The translations under genes and the position numbers were made by a program. A model generated the notes under the pieces. That model had not been told where the DNA came from and did no database searches. It saw only the letters and a list, made by a program, of their open reading frames with translations. Of a DNA stretch of 64,000 nucleotides, positions 39,860 through 53,569 are shown in pieces. Position 1 is the stretch's first letter. Every line of letters begins with the position of its first letter. Origin of the DNA: Camelus dromedarius (lineage: Eukaryota); the NCBI RefSeq assembly GCF_036321535.1, contig NC_087436.1:55616001-55680000 (forward strand), written 5' to 3'.

Positions 39860-40265
39860 AATTTTGTTAGTTGTCAAAACACATAAACTCTAAAATTTCA
39901 GTGGTTTATAAAACAGAAATTTATTTCTTACACATTTAAATTTTAAAATGAATGTCCCTAATCTGTGAGAGACTAAATAACCATTCCAAGATTTAGGCTG
40001 AATTCATCCAGTGTCCCCAGCATATTCTAGGTCACTATAGTGTCCTGCGGTCAATGGAGGATATGAGAGTCAAGGGTATTGAGAAGAAAGTTACTACGGT
40101 CCAGACCTAGAAGTGGTGCAAGTCACTTCAGCTTATCTTCCAACAGTCAACACTCAGTCTTATGACCATACTTGACTGCAAAGGAGCTGGAAAATGTAGT
40201 CTGAATATGTATCAGGGAGAATAAAAAATGGCATTTGCTGACCAACTAATCAGGCTCTGCCAGAG
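39860..40265 (-). mobile_element. MaLR LTR (MLT1J/K-like)
   Basis: aaatttcagtggtttataaaacagaaatttatttc...ccagacctagaagtgg...actgcaaaggagctggaaaatgtagtct. Confidence 0.8.
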
Positions 40266-40604
40266 CTAGGTGAAACTCACTCTTCTATTTCTGAAGTTCA
40301 GAACAGTTGGGATGTAGTATTTCCTTAATTTATTATTCATAAGCCAAACTATTTATCAAACTGCCTACTTCCATTTATAAAAATGATTATTATAATTTGA
40401 ATATTCCACAACAGAATAATTTTTTATATTAGCAAAAATGGATTATTTCTTAAAGTAATATTTTCCAATATTATTCAAGTTTTTTCTTAACCCAAGTGGA
40501 AAAAATAATTTGATGTGAAAGGATCAAACCCAGATCAGCTACAGCATGTGAGTTATAGCCTTGCTTACCAAGGTAGCATGGGAAAGCCATCACTGAAGAG
40601 TTAC

Positions 40605-40706
40605 CTGAATGGAGTAACATGTGTTCAGGTCCAGCTTCTCCAGGGATTCATGAGGGACTCCATGTGTCAGTGGCCGTATGAAGATTCTACTCCAGTGAAT
40701 GATGAG
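40605..40706 (-). other. Candidate coding exon (102 nt, phase 0-0)
   Basis: Minus strand: gtcttctccag|CTC...CAG|gtaact; the only open frame reads LIIHWSRIFIRPLTHGVPHESLEKLDLNTCYSIQ. Confidence 0.3.
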
Positions 40707-42859
40707 CTGGAGAAGACTGTTGTCTCATTATGCAATGAAGGTAGCTCTGTGTTCTGGAAAGTAAATTATTGTGAAATATCTCAGTCATTGAGGTTAGAAA
40801 CATTGGTTGAAAGATTTTCTATGATGATCCTAGGTAACCTGAATTCATATTTGTCAGGCTAATAATAGCATATTCTATTAATATTTGTACAGAAAATTTA
40901 AAACCATTCTGGATCCAGTTTTTACCTCATTTTTTCCTAGTGTTGGAATCTCATTTAGAAAAAAATGATAAATGATGCTGTTTGTCAAAAAAAAATGCTT
41001 TTTTCCCCCTTCCCCTGCCTTTTTCCTATAGATCAACTCCTTCCTATCTATCTCCAATATCCTGGTTCAAGCTCTTATTAAATCTCACTTCACAAGTGGC
41101 ATCCTGACCCCAACAACTGTCATTCCAATACCTAGCATCAATGCCTCATGATGGTAACAAAATGATTTTGTTCTAGAATGCAAATACTACATCATTCTCT
41201 TAGTTCAAGTATATTAATGTGGTCAAAGGTAAAGTTTAAATTTCTTAAATGAAGACACTCCTTAGAATATTCTCCCTGTTTATCATTCTGCCTCATGCCT
41301 TGAAAGCACTCTCCACTCCAGCCATGATACACTATTTGCAAATTGAAGATCATCTTGCAGTTTCAAACTGCTGTGCTTTAACACAGGTTGCTCTATCTCT
41401 TGGTGAAGGCTACTCATCTGTTTCCCATCAGATCATTTTTTATTGTATTTTTAAATGTTAGCTTAAATATCTTTTCTTCCAGGAAAATTTACACAATCCC
41501 AAGAGCATTTGAAAATTTCTTTTCTGAGTTCCCGAAAACCACTGTGCAAAACAAATATAATATACTTATCAGCATTATTATTATTTATTTTTGTTTTCTA
41601 TCTCACACTAGGCTCTAATGTCCTTGAAAAAACACCATGCCTTATTTCACTTAAAATGGAGATACACATATTTCCAAAAGTAGGAATAATCTCACATCCA
41701 AATGAACCAGTCATTGTTTGACAAGCAAAATGTATTCCCCATTGAATCAATCTTACACACTTCAAAGATGTTCTTTACAAAAGTACTTTTTGAAGAAATT
41801 TAAATCTTTAAGAAACATTTTTTAAGTGAAGCACATTTTAAAATGAAAACTATAGGTTTCTGGAGTTGAATAATATTTTCTTCGAATATGACATTGAGCA
41901 GAGATTAAATCATAATGGGACCCATGATTATTTTTAGTCACACCTAAAAGATTTCCAAATTATGGTTGTATGAAAGGTACAATTGGAACTTCACCTCAGA
42001 TTAAAATAATCAGCTTAGTACTGAATTAGGTATATATTCATCATGACTCCCTAACTATTGGGTTCATGGTATCAAGCACATGTGTTCCTCAGACATAAGG
42101 CTTTGTGGTTCTTTAGTATTTAACAAAAGATTCAAGAAATATACTGGTAGTAGTATTATACAGAGAACTGCAAATTTGGGGGAGAGGGTGCACTCTGAGA
42201 CTGAGAAACTGATTTATATGGTATTAAATAATCAATTGAAATTTGCAAATCAGAAAGTCATTTTTACTCAGGTTATTGTCTAAAGTTTTTGGGGTGGAGA
42301 AAAGAGATAAATCTTAGATCTGTTCTCATTTGTTCACAGTTCTGCCTAGACGAGACAACCAGCCCCAGATACCTAAGAATTTTGCCGATGCTGTGGGATA
42401 TGCAGTCAAAGAAGATTTAGAACTACTATAGTGCAAATGACTAAAAGATGCTAGAGCATTTCCAGGAAGGTATTGTGACAAGAAGCAGAAAAAGAGACAT
42501 TGAATTATTGTTACAACATAGCACCACAAAGGTTCAGAAAAAGCAGTTTCAGTGAGGGATAGGATAAAATCTAGCTGAGTCTAGCACCAGGGTGATTCAT
42601 GGATACCACACTATGAAGACTATCAGATTTTTACCTTCTACATACATCGTACCCCTGGGGGCTACGATTCTTATGTCCAGTTTATAACCATGTATTATTG
42701 AGAAGAAAAAAACTACCATGACCTTTTTAGGACAAGGATATTGCGATTCTAGTATTCTAAGCAAATCTTTGGGGATGTAGAACATGACTTGAAGTGGTAA
42801 GTTCTCTGGAACCTCTGTACTAAGTTTACACAACACTAATTCATGTCATGTAGGAAGGT

Positions 42860-45600
42860 AACAATGAATAATATATTCAAAACAGCAGAGAGAAAGCACA
42901 AATTAACTGTAAATTATAATAACCATACTGATGGTAGACTTCTCAGAGGCAAAATTAGGAGTCATGATACTGTGGAATAATTTCCTAAAAATTCCTAGAG
43001 AAAGTTTCTGCAAAATTCAAATTTTATACCCAGTGAAACTAACTTTGAGGGATGAGAGTGAAAAGAAGGTGGTTTAAGACAAAAAACAGACAGAATTTAT
43101 CATAAATAGACCTTTTCTGTAGGAAACCCTAAAAGATACATGTTAGGAGAATGGAAAATAATCCTAAAAGGAGTGTGATATGATAGAAGGAATGACAAAA
43201 ATAAAAAGGTAAATAAGAAGATAAATCTTAAAAAGTGTTGACTGAAAATTGATAATAATAGTAATATTATTTAATTAGTGAAGTTAAAAAATACAGAATC
43301 AAAATGTCAAAATATACCAACAAAATTTTTTCATTTGAAGCAACAATCAGAATTTAAATACTGTAAGTTTCCTTTAAGTTAGAAGGACAGTATACATGCC
43401 ATTCAACTTTAGACATTGTTGTAACAGGCATACATGTAAAATGTCTATGGCAATCACTAAAATATAGAAATAACAATTCATAACTTCCAAAACAATAGTG
43501 GGAAAATAATATAGAGAAAAAAATCAACCAAATTAAAATCAATAAAGAAGGCAGAAAAATAAATAGGCAAAAAGAAGCAAAGAACGTAAGATTTTTAAAA
43601 AAGACATGAACATGTGTGAGTTATGTCACTATATTAAAAATGGACAAGTAGAATTTAAGGGGAAAAAAAACACAATTAGTGATTTTTGAACTTGCCATCT
43701 AATGATAAAACAATTACCAAGATGATTTCTTTAACTGTCAACAAATATTTATAAATCTAGGCACAGTTCTAGATATAAGACATATAATAGTGAAAAAGCA
43801 GATACCAAAACCTGCCCTTATGTATAACTTTTTGGTAGAGAGATGATATTCTATGGGAGAAAAAATGACAGTTGTAAATTTGTATGCAATTAATAAATAG
43901 TTTGAAAATACTGACAGATCAATGGAGAAGTTGAAAAATTCATACTCATGGTAGAAGATGTCAATACACTTCTTTCTCAAATTTATATAACCAAACAAAT
44001 ACAAATAATTGTAAGGATGTAAGGATATAGAATATTTGAGCAACACACATTACAGAGTTAGTATAATGGGCTTAACACAGAAAATGTACACAGAAATCTA
44101 TCTCAAACCTATGTGGATCATTTATGTTAAATCATCGTGCAACTGGTCACAGAACAAGTGTCAGCACATTTCAAAGTATTGCTTATACAGACCACACTAT
44201 CTAACACATGATAAAATGAGGCATTAATAATTAAAAAACACATAAACACTACAACAATCTGCATTCTTAACAGCTTGTGTGTTAATGCAGTCAACATAGC
44301 AGAAATGAGAAAACACTTGAAACAGAAAGATAATGAACATTACACACCGAAATATGTAACATGCAGCTGAAAATTCTAACAGGACTTAATTGCTTATATT
44401 AGAAAAGAAGTCTACAAATTAATATGTTAAACATCCCATTTAAGATGGGGAAAAAATGAGCAATGAACATAAAACCTACAGAAATTATGTATAATTTCCA
44501 AAACAATAGAGGGAGAAAGCATAAATTCTAGTAAGATGAAATTTTTTAAAAATAAATAAAAGAAAATGATAAAAATATTGAAACTGAAATAGGAGATGTG
44601 ATTACAAATGCTGCAGACTTTTAAAATAAGAGAATATTATGAATAATTTTATGCCAATATAGTTTAAAATTTAAATGAAGTAGAGGAGTCTATAGAAAAA
44701 TAAATATAATAAAAATGGTTCAAGAAGAAACTGGACAAATGGTACTACATTCATTAAATTAGTTTAAGATCTTTCCACAAACACACACACAAATCTTGGC
44801 TCAGATGGTTTTAAAGCAAAATAGAACAAACTTTCAGGGAATAGGTGATTCAAATCTTTAACAAATTCTTCTAGAGAAAAAAGCAAGACGGTACATTGAA
44901 CATACATACTATAACCTTATAACAATAACTTGAATACTATAACTTGGTCTGTTCCAGCTGCTGTAACAAAATACCTACTGTAGACAGTGTGGCTTATAAA
45001 AAACAGAAATTTAGTCCTCACAATTCTGTCATCTGGAAGTGCAAGATCAAGGTGCTAGCAGATTCATTGACTGTGAGGGGACATTTCCTCATTGGCTGCT
45101 GCTTTTCCACCATGACCTCCCATAGCTGAAGGGGTGAGAGATCTCTCTGGGGCACCCTATTATAGTGGCACTGTCCCATTCACGATCTAATCACCCCACA
45201 AAGGCCTCACATCCAAATACTATCACATTGGAAATTAGGTTTCACCATATGAAAACTGCAGGGACACAAACATTCAGTCCACTGCAATAACCAAGGAAAA
45301 ATTATCCATGAGAATAATTGTATCAATCAAATTTGGTTGTGAATGTAGATGTTAAAATATTGCATAAAATATTAGCAAAAAGAATATAGCAGTATTCTTT
45401 TTTTAAAGATAATATGATGAAATTGGGTTTATCCAAGAAATATATGGATATTTATCATTATAAAAATTGCGTTATATTTTATCACATTAACAAATTCAAG
45501 AGAAAACATGAAAATTTAAAAAGATGTGGGTAAAGTACATTCTAACAAAAAAATAAAATTCAATCTTGATTAAAAAAAAAACCTCTTGGTATGCCTAAAT
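42860..45600 (+). mobile_element. Ancient L1 (L1ME-like), ORF1 end to ORF2 RT, interrupted by an MLT1A-like LTR
   Basis: gacttctcag...aattttatacccagtgaaactaactttg (ORF1 C-terminus); A-rich ORF2 with ttatgaataattttatgccaata, ggctcagatggtttt and aaaatattagcaaa. Confidence 0.8.
44938..45286 (-). mobile_element. MaLR solo LTR (MLT1A-like) nested in L1
   Basis: gctgctgtaacaaaatacc...caagatcaaggtgctagcagattc...atctaatcacc...gggacacaaacattcagtccactgca. Confidence 0.9.
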
Positions 45601-46494
45601 CATATTAGAAGGCTTTTCAGTAAATCAGTGGGTGACATAGAGCAGATCACTGCAGTCAACTTGTGGTATCAGGACAATGACTTGAATTTGTATTTTTAAT
45701 TGTTTAAAAGATAAAAGATTAATGATATGTATAGGTCCAATGTTTAACTAATACGAAAATGACTTCAGTAAATTCTGTGTTACAAAAAACCTATAAAGGC
45801 TGTGCTAACTATAAATTTATAGCCTCTTAGATTATTTAGGAAGAAGTAGTAGAACCTATAGTACATCTTGATAGCTATGTAAAAGTGAACTGAGCCACTC
45901 ACATTTGTCTCCACACTTATTAAGTGCTAATGTAGGACTTTATATGATCAAAGTCCCTAACAACCATTTTTACTTGTTATTTGTCGCAACACCACCAAAA
46001 TATACACAAGAAATACAACATGTTCAAGACATCACTACATAACTGTGTTAGTGTAGACAGGACCTATCACTTAAAATGAGCAAGAACCCAAAGCTCTTTT
46101 TTCCCACCAAACAGTCTATGTTCACGGCAGTTTTAAATGATTTATTAATAGGTTAGTGGAAATTTAGTGTTTAGAAATCAAATTCTTCCATTTCCATTTA
46201 AAGCTTATTTTATTTTATTTATTTAGTTGTGTGAGTGTGTGATATTTACTGTATCCTATTAAACAGGAACGTTGAAAAATACAATGAAAATAGACTATTT
46301 TAGGTAGATACACATGCACAGGGAATAGGACATGTAGTTTATACAATGTGCTTTGGTAGGCAGTCTGATAGATTCAGATAGCTGTAAACATACTATTTGT
46401 GTAGTGACCTGAAATGTCTTTGTAGTCTATACCTGCAGAGTATATACTGCATGTCTGCTTGCCAAGCTAAAATATTTGTAATCCGTGTAATAGG

Positions 46495-46815
46495 GAAAAT
46501 AAACAAAAAAACTGATTTTAAAATGGGCAATGGACCTGAAGAGTTATTTTCTAAAAGAAGAGGGAACCCTTGAACACTGGTATATCTTATTGTATTCTTT
46601 AAATTTATTAAGAGAGTAGATCTTAAGTGTCTCAACACCACACACACACACAAAGAGAGAGAAGAAAATGGTAACTATGGGAGGTGATGGATGTGTCAAT
46701 TAGCTTGATTGTGATGGTTATTTCACAACGTACATGTATAGCAAAACATCAGGTTGTATACCTTAAATACATACGATTTAATTTGTTAATTATACCTCAG
46801 TAAAGCTGAGGAGAA
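46495..46815 (+). mobile_element. L1MA9/10-like 3' end with internal deletions
   Basis: aagagagtagatcttaagtgtctc...atggtaactatgggaggtgatggatgtg...aattatacctcagtaaagctg. Confidence 0.85.
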
Positions 46816-47174
46816 CAAACTAAACATCACTGAAAAATAAGTAAAGATATTACAAAGCAAGCTAAAAACAATTGCATAATATATGTATAATTTTTGCCCA
46901 AAGGCAAAATAGGAATGAGTTTCTATATTGTTGAGTCAATCAGTAATTAATTGATCATTATTTATAACTGATCAGAGAGTACACACATATGTAAGTTTTT
47001 GCTGTATATTGCCAAAATAAGTTTTCAGAACAAGTCATAACCCAACTTGAAGTATAAGAGTGACTATTGCACAATACTCACACTCTCGTATCAGCCCTGA
47101 TATAGATACTTGTAATGTTAGGTTCTTGGATCAGTAACAATGCGTTATAATGCTGTTTTGGTGTTATTCACTAA

Positions 47175-48380
47175 AAGCTGTTTATTGTGTGTGTACTGTG
47201 AACTAGGCATTACTACAGCTCCTCATGAGCTCTGATGAGTGAGCAGATAAGGCCCCTGCTCTCAACAAGTGTTCTTTTTTTTCTTTTGTTTACTCTTTAA
47301 TTGTTTAAGTCATGGTAAAATATATAACATAAAGCTTGCCATTTTAACCATTTTTAAGTGTACAGTTCAGTGGCATTAATAACACTCACAATGTTGTACA
47401 ATCATCATAACTATATATTTCCAAAACATTTTTATCATCCCAGACAGAAACTCTGTAACCATGAAGAAGTAACTTTCCATGGTGCTGTTACAGTAGGGAG
47501 AGAGATCCTACTCTGATGGAACAATTAAAAAGGGAATGAGATTCTTTCAAATGTCAAGAAAAATAAATAGGAAAGTACGGTTGAAATTGAGGCATTTTAT
47601 AGATTAGTGGTGGTTGAAGTCATTCCTGATTACATTTTAACTTTTGAACCAAAGTATAGGAAAAGTCATCCTTTGGATGTCTGGGGAAAAAACATTTCCA
47701 GGCAGAGGGAACAGATTATGCAAAATCCCTGAGAATAACCAGATCTGGGCATTTCTCAGAAACCAAAATAACAGCACGTGGCTACAGTGAACAACATGGC
47801 TACGAGCAGAGTGGAGATAGGCAGGAGACAGTCGATTCACGTAGAGAAATAGCACTCAACCCTCACTGCGTGCCTTAGCCCAAAGCTCTGCAGCATGACA
47901 GCATTTAGAAATCGATCAGAGGAGAGGATCCCGAAAAACAGACAGATATAAAATGAGAAAAAACAGGGCAAATAATCAATGAAGCCAGGAAAAGAGACAT
48001 TGAAGAAAAGGAGAGAGTGGTGAGCTGTGACAAATGCTTGTGAATAAGAACAGAGAAGAGATGCCAGGGAGGTTTTAAAGATGGAATCCAAGCTGAAAAA
48101 GAGAAATGCAAAAATCGGAGAGGAAATAGTGAAAGAATGGTAGAACCAATAGGTCAGAACTAATTTAAAAAATTTTTAAACTGATATAATGAGTCTTGAG
48201 TAATAGCTGGAAGGAAATTGAGATTGTGGAAATGTCACAGTGATTATGGGTAATTCTTTTGAGATTGTTGACTCTGAAAGGGAGAAAGGAGGGCAGGTAG
48301 GAAGGATAAGGATAAAATCAGTAAATTTGTATTGTCTGAGTTTTAGTTTTAGATTTTTAATGGGAGAGAGCACAGCACAT
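47175..48380 (-). mobile_element. L2 fragments (interrupted by L1MB)
   Basis: gtttattgtgtgtgtactgtgaactaggcatt...ccctgctctca; catttccaggcagagggaacag...gcaaaatccctgag. Confidence 0.7.
47275..47480 (-). mobile_element. L1MB-type 3' end
   Basis: T-rich tail, then ccattttaaccatttttaagtgtacagttcagtggcattaa...cacaatgttgtacaatcatc. Confidence 0.85.
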
Positions 48381-48399
48381 TTGAACACACAAGGGATGG

Positions 48400-48689
48400 C
48401 CATTATGCTGGACATACACACCTCCTCAGATTTCCTGAGCACCAGTTTCCTGCACCTGCCTGCTCCTCCTCCGTTACTGCAGTGACTGACCTATTCCCCT
48501 TAGGTCCACAAAGCCTTGCTGTGATTTTTAACTGCCACTGCACATCAGGCAACCAGCCAGTTGCCCTCAGTTTCTGGTTCCTTCCTTCTGAACCTGAATG
48601 ATGCACCACACCTCAGGGTAACAGGTTTGGTGCCCCAAGCAACCACCAAAGAGGCCAGATGATGCAACCTGAAGTGTGTGTGTGTGTGT

Positions 48690-48739
<50 letters not shown>

Positions 48740-49060
48740 GAAGGAATGTGGATATAATTCCTGTGGGTAAAAATTTGATGACTGGGAAACAGGAGTCCTT
48801 TCTTCCTCTGATGGACAGTAAATGCGTATGATTTCTGTGTCTGGGTGTCCAGTGAGGTGAAGCCAAGCAGACCAACCTGCCAAGGGATCAGCTTTGCCCT
48901 GAGGAGTAGTAGTGAAGGAGCGGCCAGCATGTGAAGGCATCATCTTTCGTGATTCTCCTTCCTCCCCTGATTTAGCTCCCTTGTCCTATACTCTTGTGAT
49001 CCTGACACTGCACCTCCTTCACCTTCACCTCAGGTGGCTTCCTCAGGAATTCAGGCTAAG
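48400..49060 (+). mobile_element. LTR16-like ERV-L LTR
   Basis: GC-richer block with gatgcaacctga, tgggaaacaggag and a terminal ctcaggaattcaggctaagaca. Confidence 0.6.
48674..48737. repeat. (TG)~32 microsatellite with one interruption
   Basis: Directly visible. Confidence 0.95.
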
Positions 49061-49479
49061 ACAGTCACATTTAAAAAACAATATTCAAAGTTTGTACTAT
49101 TCATGGATTCCATCAATGTTTTTTCCCCCTTACTGGTTATAGAAACTTTAAATAGTTGTAGTTTTATCATTATGTTTTAATATTCAATAGAATTCCTGCA
49201 TCTAAAATATTCAAAAATATTTCTATTCTCATCTGTATAATCATATAAGTGACATTTAGAATTACATTCTCAAGAGGCAAAAAGCCTATATTATTTTAAA
49301 CTATAATCAATAAAACATTAACTAGTGAAGAATTAGAAATTTGAATTTATTCAATATTCTTATATGTAAAAAAACATATTTAGGGTAATTTTAGTTCAAT
49401 TGAAAAAACCACTTGCCTTCCTCTTCTATCCATTTCGGTTATTACATTTTCCCATTGTAAAGGATCATTATTAAAAATT

Positions 49480-50880
49480 TAGAGAAGACCCATGAGCAGA
49501 TAAGAAAGTAAGTTATTAAGTGTTAGTTTATTTTGTGTGTGTGTATTTGATCTATACTTACATGACTGAGACATGCTCTATGTGGTATCTGAATGTTATC
49601 CTTTAATATAATATGGAATATTACGTGGACATTCATTATTAAAATCTGTATAAATCTAGTTTTACTTGCTGCATATCTTAAACACTTTTTGACATTATTC
49701 TCAGATTTAGCTATCGTAGATAATTTGTTATAAACACTCTTATACATAAATATATCTTATAATTTAGGTTGTTTTCTTAGAACAGATTCATAGACTGGAC
49801 TACTTAGGCATCATGCCTTTTATGACTCTTAATAAATATAGTCAAATTTCTTCCGAAAAGCTTGTCACAACTTATATCCCAGCAGCGATATAAGAAAACA
49901 TTTCTTTTGCCATACCCTCTTCTATATTCGTATAATGTTTTATAAATGGCTGCTTTATTTTAGAAAAACTGTCATTTCAATTTTTCATGTGTTTAATTTC
50001 TAGTACAAACATAGAATTTCCTGAATTTTCTAACTTTTTGTATTTTATGTTTTTTAAATTGTTTGATTTCCCTTCTCCTTTATATGTTATTGATACATTA
50101 GCATAATTTTCTTATGGTAAAATATTGAATACGTATCTTTAATACTTTATTTTAGCTATTATTAATAATGTTTGCTAATTTATATTTGCTTTTTTTTAGT
50201 TTGCTGTAATAAAATTTCTCCAAAGATCATGTAATCTAACATGTCTGTATTTATTTCGTGTCCTCTATCACTAATTTCAACCTAAGAATAATCTTCCCTC
50301 TGAATAAAAGTGCATATATATTTTTTTCTAAGTTTTTGGAGTTTATATCATTCATTAAGTACTTCAATCCAGTTGAAATTTAATTTGGTAAGGTTTCATA
50401 TGTGATCTAAATGTATTTGTTTACAATAGAGTTAAGCAATTATTTTAATGATTTTTATTAAAAATCCATTGACCAATTAATTTCTTTTTACTATTTATAA
50501 ATGTTCTGTAATCAAGCTTTTTTAGGGTTTTGTCTCATTTCAGAGTATTTATTCTGCTCAGTCTTGGGGCTGAACCTATTTGCAACATTTTAATATCTAA
50601 TGGAAATTGTCCTGGATTGTTATTTTTCTATTTTTCTACTTTTCTCTAAATTTTCTTAAATTTTCCTTATTCTATAACTTAAGAACAGTTTTGCCAAATT
50701 ATAAAGAAACTTATTTCACTCTAAATTCATTTTAGAAAAGTACATTTCTTTATAATTCTGCCTTCTTATCCAGGAACCATGCTACCCTTCTCATTATTTG
50801 AGCTTTCTTTTGTATCACTCAGGAAAGTTATGTAATGTTCTATATCCTATGTCTTTTATGGGTAGGTATTTTGTGTTCCA
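49480..50880 (-). mobile_element. Highly degraded L1ME fragments
   Basis: T-rich; aaatatagtcaaatttc...cttatatcccagcagcgatataag; ttcaatccagttgaaatttaatttgg. Confidence 0.6.
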
Positions 50881-53569
50881 TCCATTATGGATAGTTAGAG
50901 CTTCAAATTCAAATTTCCTCGAAATGTTGATACAAGAACCTCCAGGGGAATGCTGATTTTGCCCACGATGACAGCAGGAGTTTTCAAACTGATCAAAGAC
51001 ATAAATTCAAGCTCATGGGACAATAAACTAAAAGAAAAATTGGATATTTAATATTTTAGATCATAACAGCATTGCATACATCATATAATCATCTCCTCTT
51101 TAATAAATGAAGAAAACGTGATGTTTGCTTCTGAATGGCGAAATTCTGGTGTATTATCTTCATTCTAATCAAAAGCACTCTTCCTCAGGGTTTCAGCTGT
51201 TTTGGAGCAAGCATGATTTTATAAGTTACATGTATAATGCTTCTTCATGATTTCAGCATTGTGAATTGATGATGGCTTACTTTGATCAGTTTTGGCATTT
51301 GGAAGGAATAAACAGCACACTTTGTGTGAAGCAATGTCGCTTTTGAATTTCCCATTTGCTCCTTTCACAATAGCTAAATTAACCATGACTGAGTTTTGGA
51401 GGAGACAAAGGGGAAAAGATGTTCTCCTGATCCTGTCAGCATTGCTGGAAGTTTTCATGCCACCAGCTGAAGTGAAGATGATGAATCACATCATCATTCC
51501 TGGCCAATCAAGCAGACGAAAGGGCCAAGAGAGGAAGGAATGCTTTCGCCTTCTTTATCTATCTTTTTTTTTTTTTTTAATTCACATTGCCCTTGTTTTG
51601 AAAAATGTCAGAGGGCTCCTCTTCAGTTTGTACCTCTAGGGGACAACTTGGTTTCTGGTTTCTTTATCAAATTTAACAAGAAGCTATTATTAGGAAGAAA
51701 ACACACAAGTAATCAAAAAACAAAAATAAAATCACCTTTCTACCTTCCTAAAACGTAATGTTGAAAATTTCTAAACAAATTTCAATCAAAAACAAATTTC
51801 TTTCGTTCAAAGAAAGGCAATGCTTTGGATGTGTTCTTCTCCTTTTCTATAAAGAAGCCATTATACTGAAAAATCCATTAGAAGTTCACAATTTTAAAGT
51901 CACCAACATCAGAACTACTATAAGTGAACAGAGAGCAGGCGAAGGAATTTTCTGTTCAGTGGTGCCAGATGGGGTCGTAAATACAATGTTCTCACTACTT
52001 TTGTATAGGGAAAATCTTGATTAAAAAAAAAAAATTCCTTAGGCAAGTTTCTAAATCTTACGTACTTATAATATTACAAATGATGTTTTGAATAAAATGT
52101 TAATTGAAAAACAAATGAATTCCCATCACAGAGTGATGGAGCTAGGAAAGGAGATCTACTACCCCAGGGAAGCAGTTAGGGTTCATTTGGCGGCAAACTG
52201 GGCCTGAACAGAGGATGCTCTCAAGACTCTCTAGTTATAGGTTAAAGGAGGATGACATAGTAACGGGTAATAAAATAACAAGTAACAAAACAGGCACAGA
52301 AAATTTGACTTCAGAAGGGCCCCCCTTTGGCACTGAACTGAGGTCCATGTGACTCATCAGTCATCCAGCAAGACTGAAAGCAGAGAGCAGAAAGTCAGTA
52401 AAATAAATGGGCTTTGTCATCTGACAGTATTTCTAAACTCAGTGAATTGTCTGACACATGTAGGTGCTCAATAAATTTTTGGTGAATAAGTGGCTGCCTT
52501 TGTTCCTTCATTCAGCATCTATTGAGTACCTGTGTCATAAATAAATTTAAAAATCAATAAGTAAACAAATATATACAATGCGTAAAGTGCTATGGTTTCT
52601 GCCATCAGGGAATTCACAATGGATTCCAGGAGAAGACCATAATAGCCTTTTACATATAACTTTTGAATTAGTTTTCCTACACGGCAGGTTTAACTATATC
52701 CTTTGCACTTCCCACCCCACGCTAGAAGCTTTTCATCTGTCTCTGTTACCTATCAAACTAAGTACTTACTTCAATGATAACCAGGACCCCTTACAATGTG
52801 GTTAAATGATTCCTTTCCCAACAATATTTTGGATAAAACATTAAAATGGGATATTTGTCTCTTCCTACTCTTTTATTAAGAATACTATTTTTTTCTAAGA
52901 TATCCCTAGAATATTTCCCTGACTTAATATTCCGTCATTTCCATTTCCCTCATTCTAATACCTAAAACATTTTATCTATGAGTTTTAACACTATTTTAAT
53001 ACTCTATAAAGAAGCTAAATGTGTTCATTTTACCTCCCTTCCAAATTTTTCATCCTATTAAACCATAAGTTGTTAAGAAACAAGAACTGTATCTCTATGT
53101 ACCCTTCTAAAACCCCTTGCACATAAAATGTATTTCTAAATCTGGGTCACATGGTGGGGGAAAAGAAAAGAGACAATAAATATGATTTATAATACAGTTT
53201 TACAGAATTTAGAACTTTGAAAAGGTAAAAAAGAAAAGAAAAAGTAATTAAACTTTAAAGGGGAAATCCTTGGCATTTAAGATTAAAAGATCTGGTCATT
53301 TTTAACCCACAGGTGGAAATGTTAAGAAAGTTTTCAAATAAGTGAACTAGTAATGTTCAAAATTTCAGCACAAGGGGGAATAGGAATTAGTGGGACATTT
53401 GAAAGAGTATATATAGGACACAGAGCAGAATATCTGTAATCTAAAGGTCTTATTCTAGTATAAACCCTAATATTTAATTTTTTTCATGTAAATTTAAACA
53501 AGACCCTTCAGTGCGCTTGAGACTGTTAAGGAAATATTTTGTTTCAAAAAAGAGATCAAGTTACAGCGA

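Noticed and set aside
40605..40650. SLEKLDLNTCYSI resembles a cysteine-containing leucine-rich repeat
   Set aside because: A single short motif with no neighbouring repeats is not enough to assign a family.
40515..40862. 115-aa + strand ORF
   Set aside because: It has a GTG start and no homology I recognise; the splice signals favour the opposite strand.
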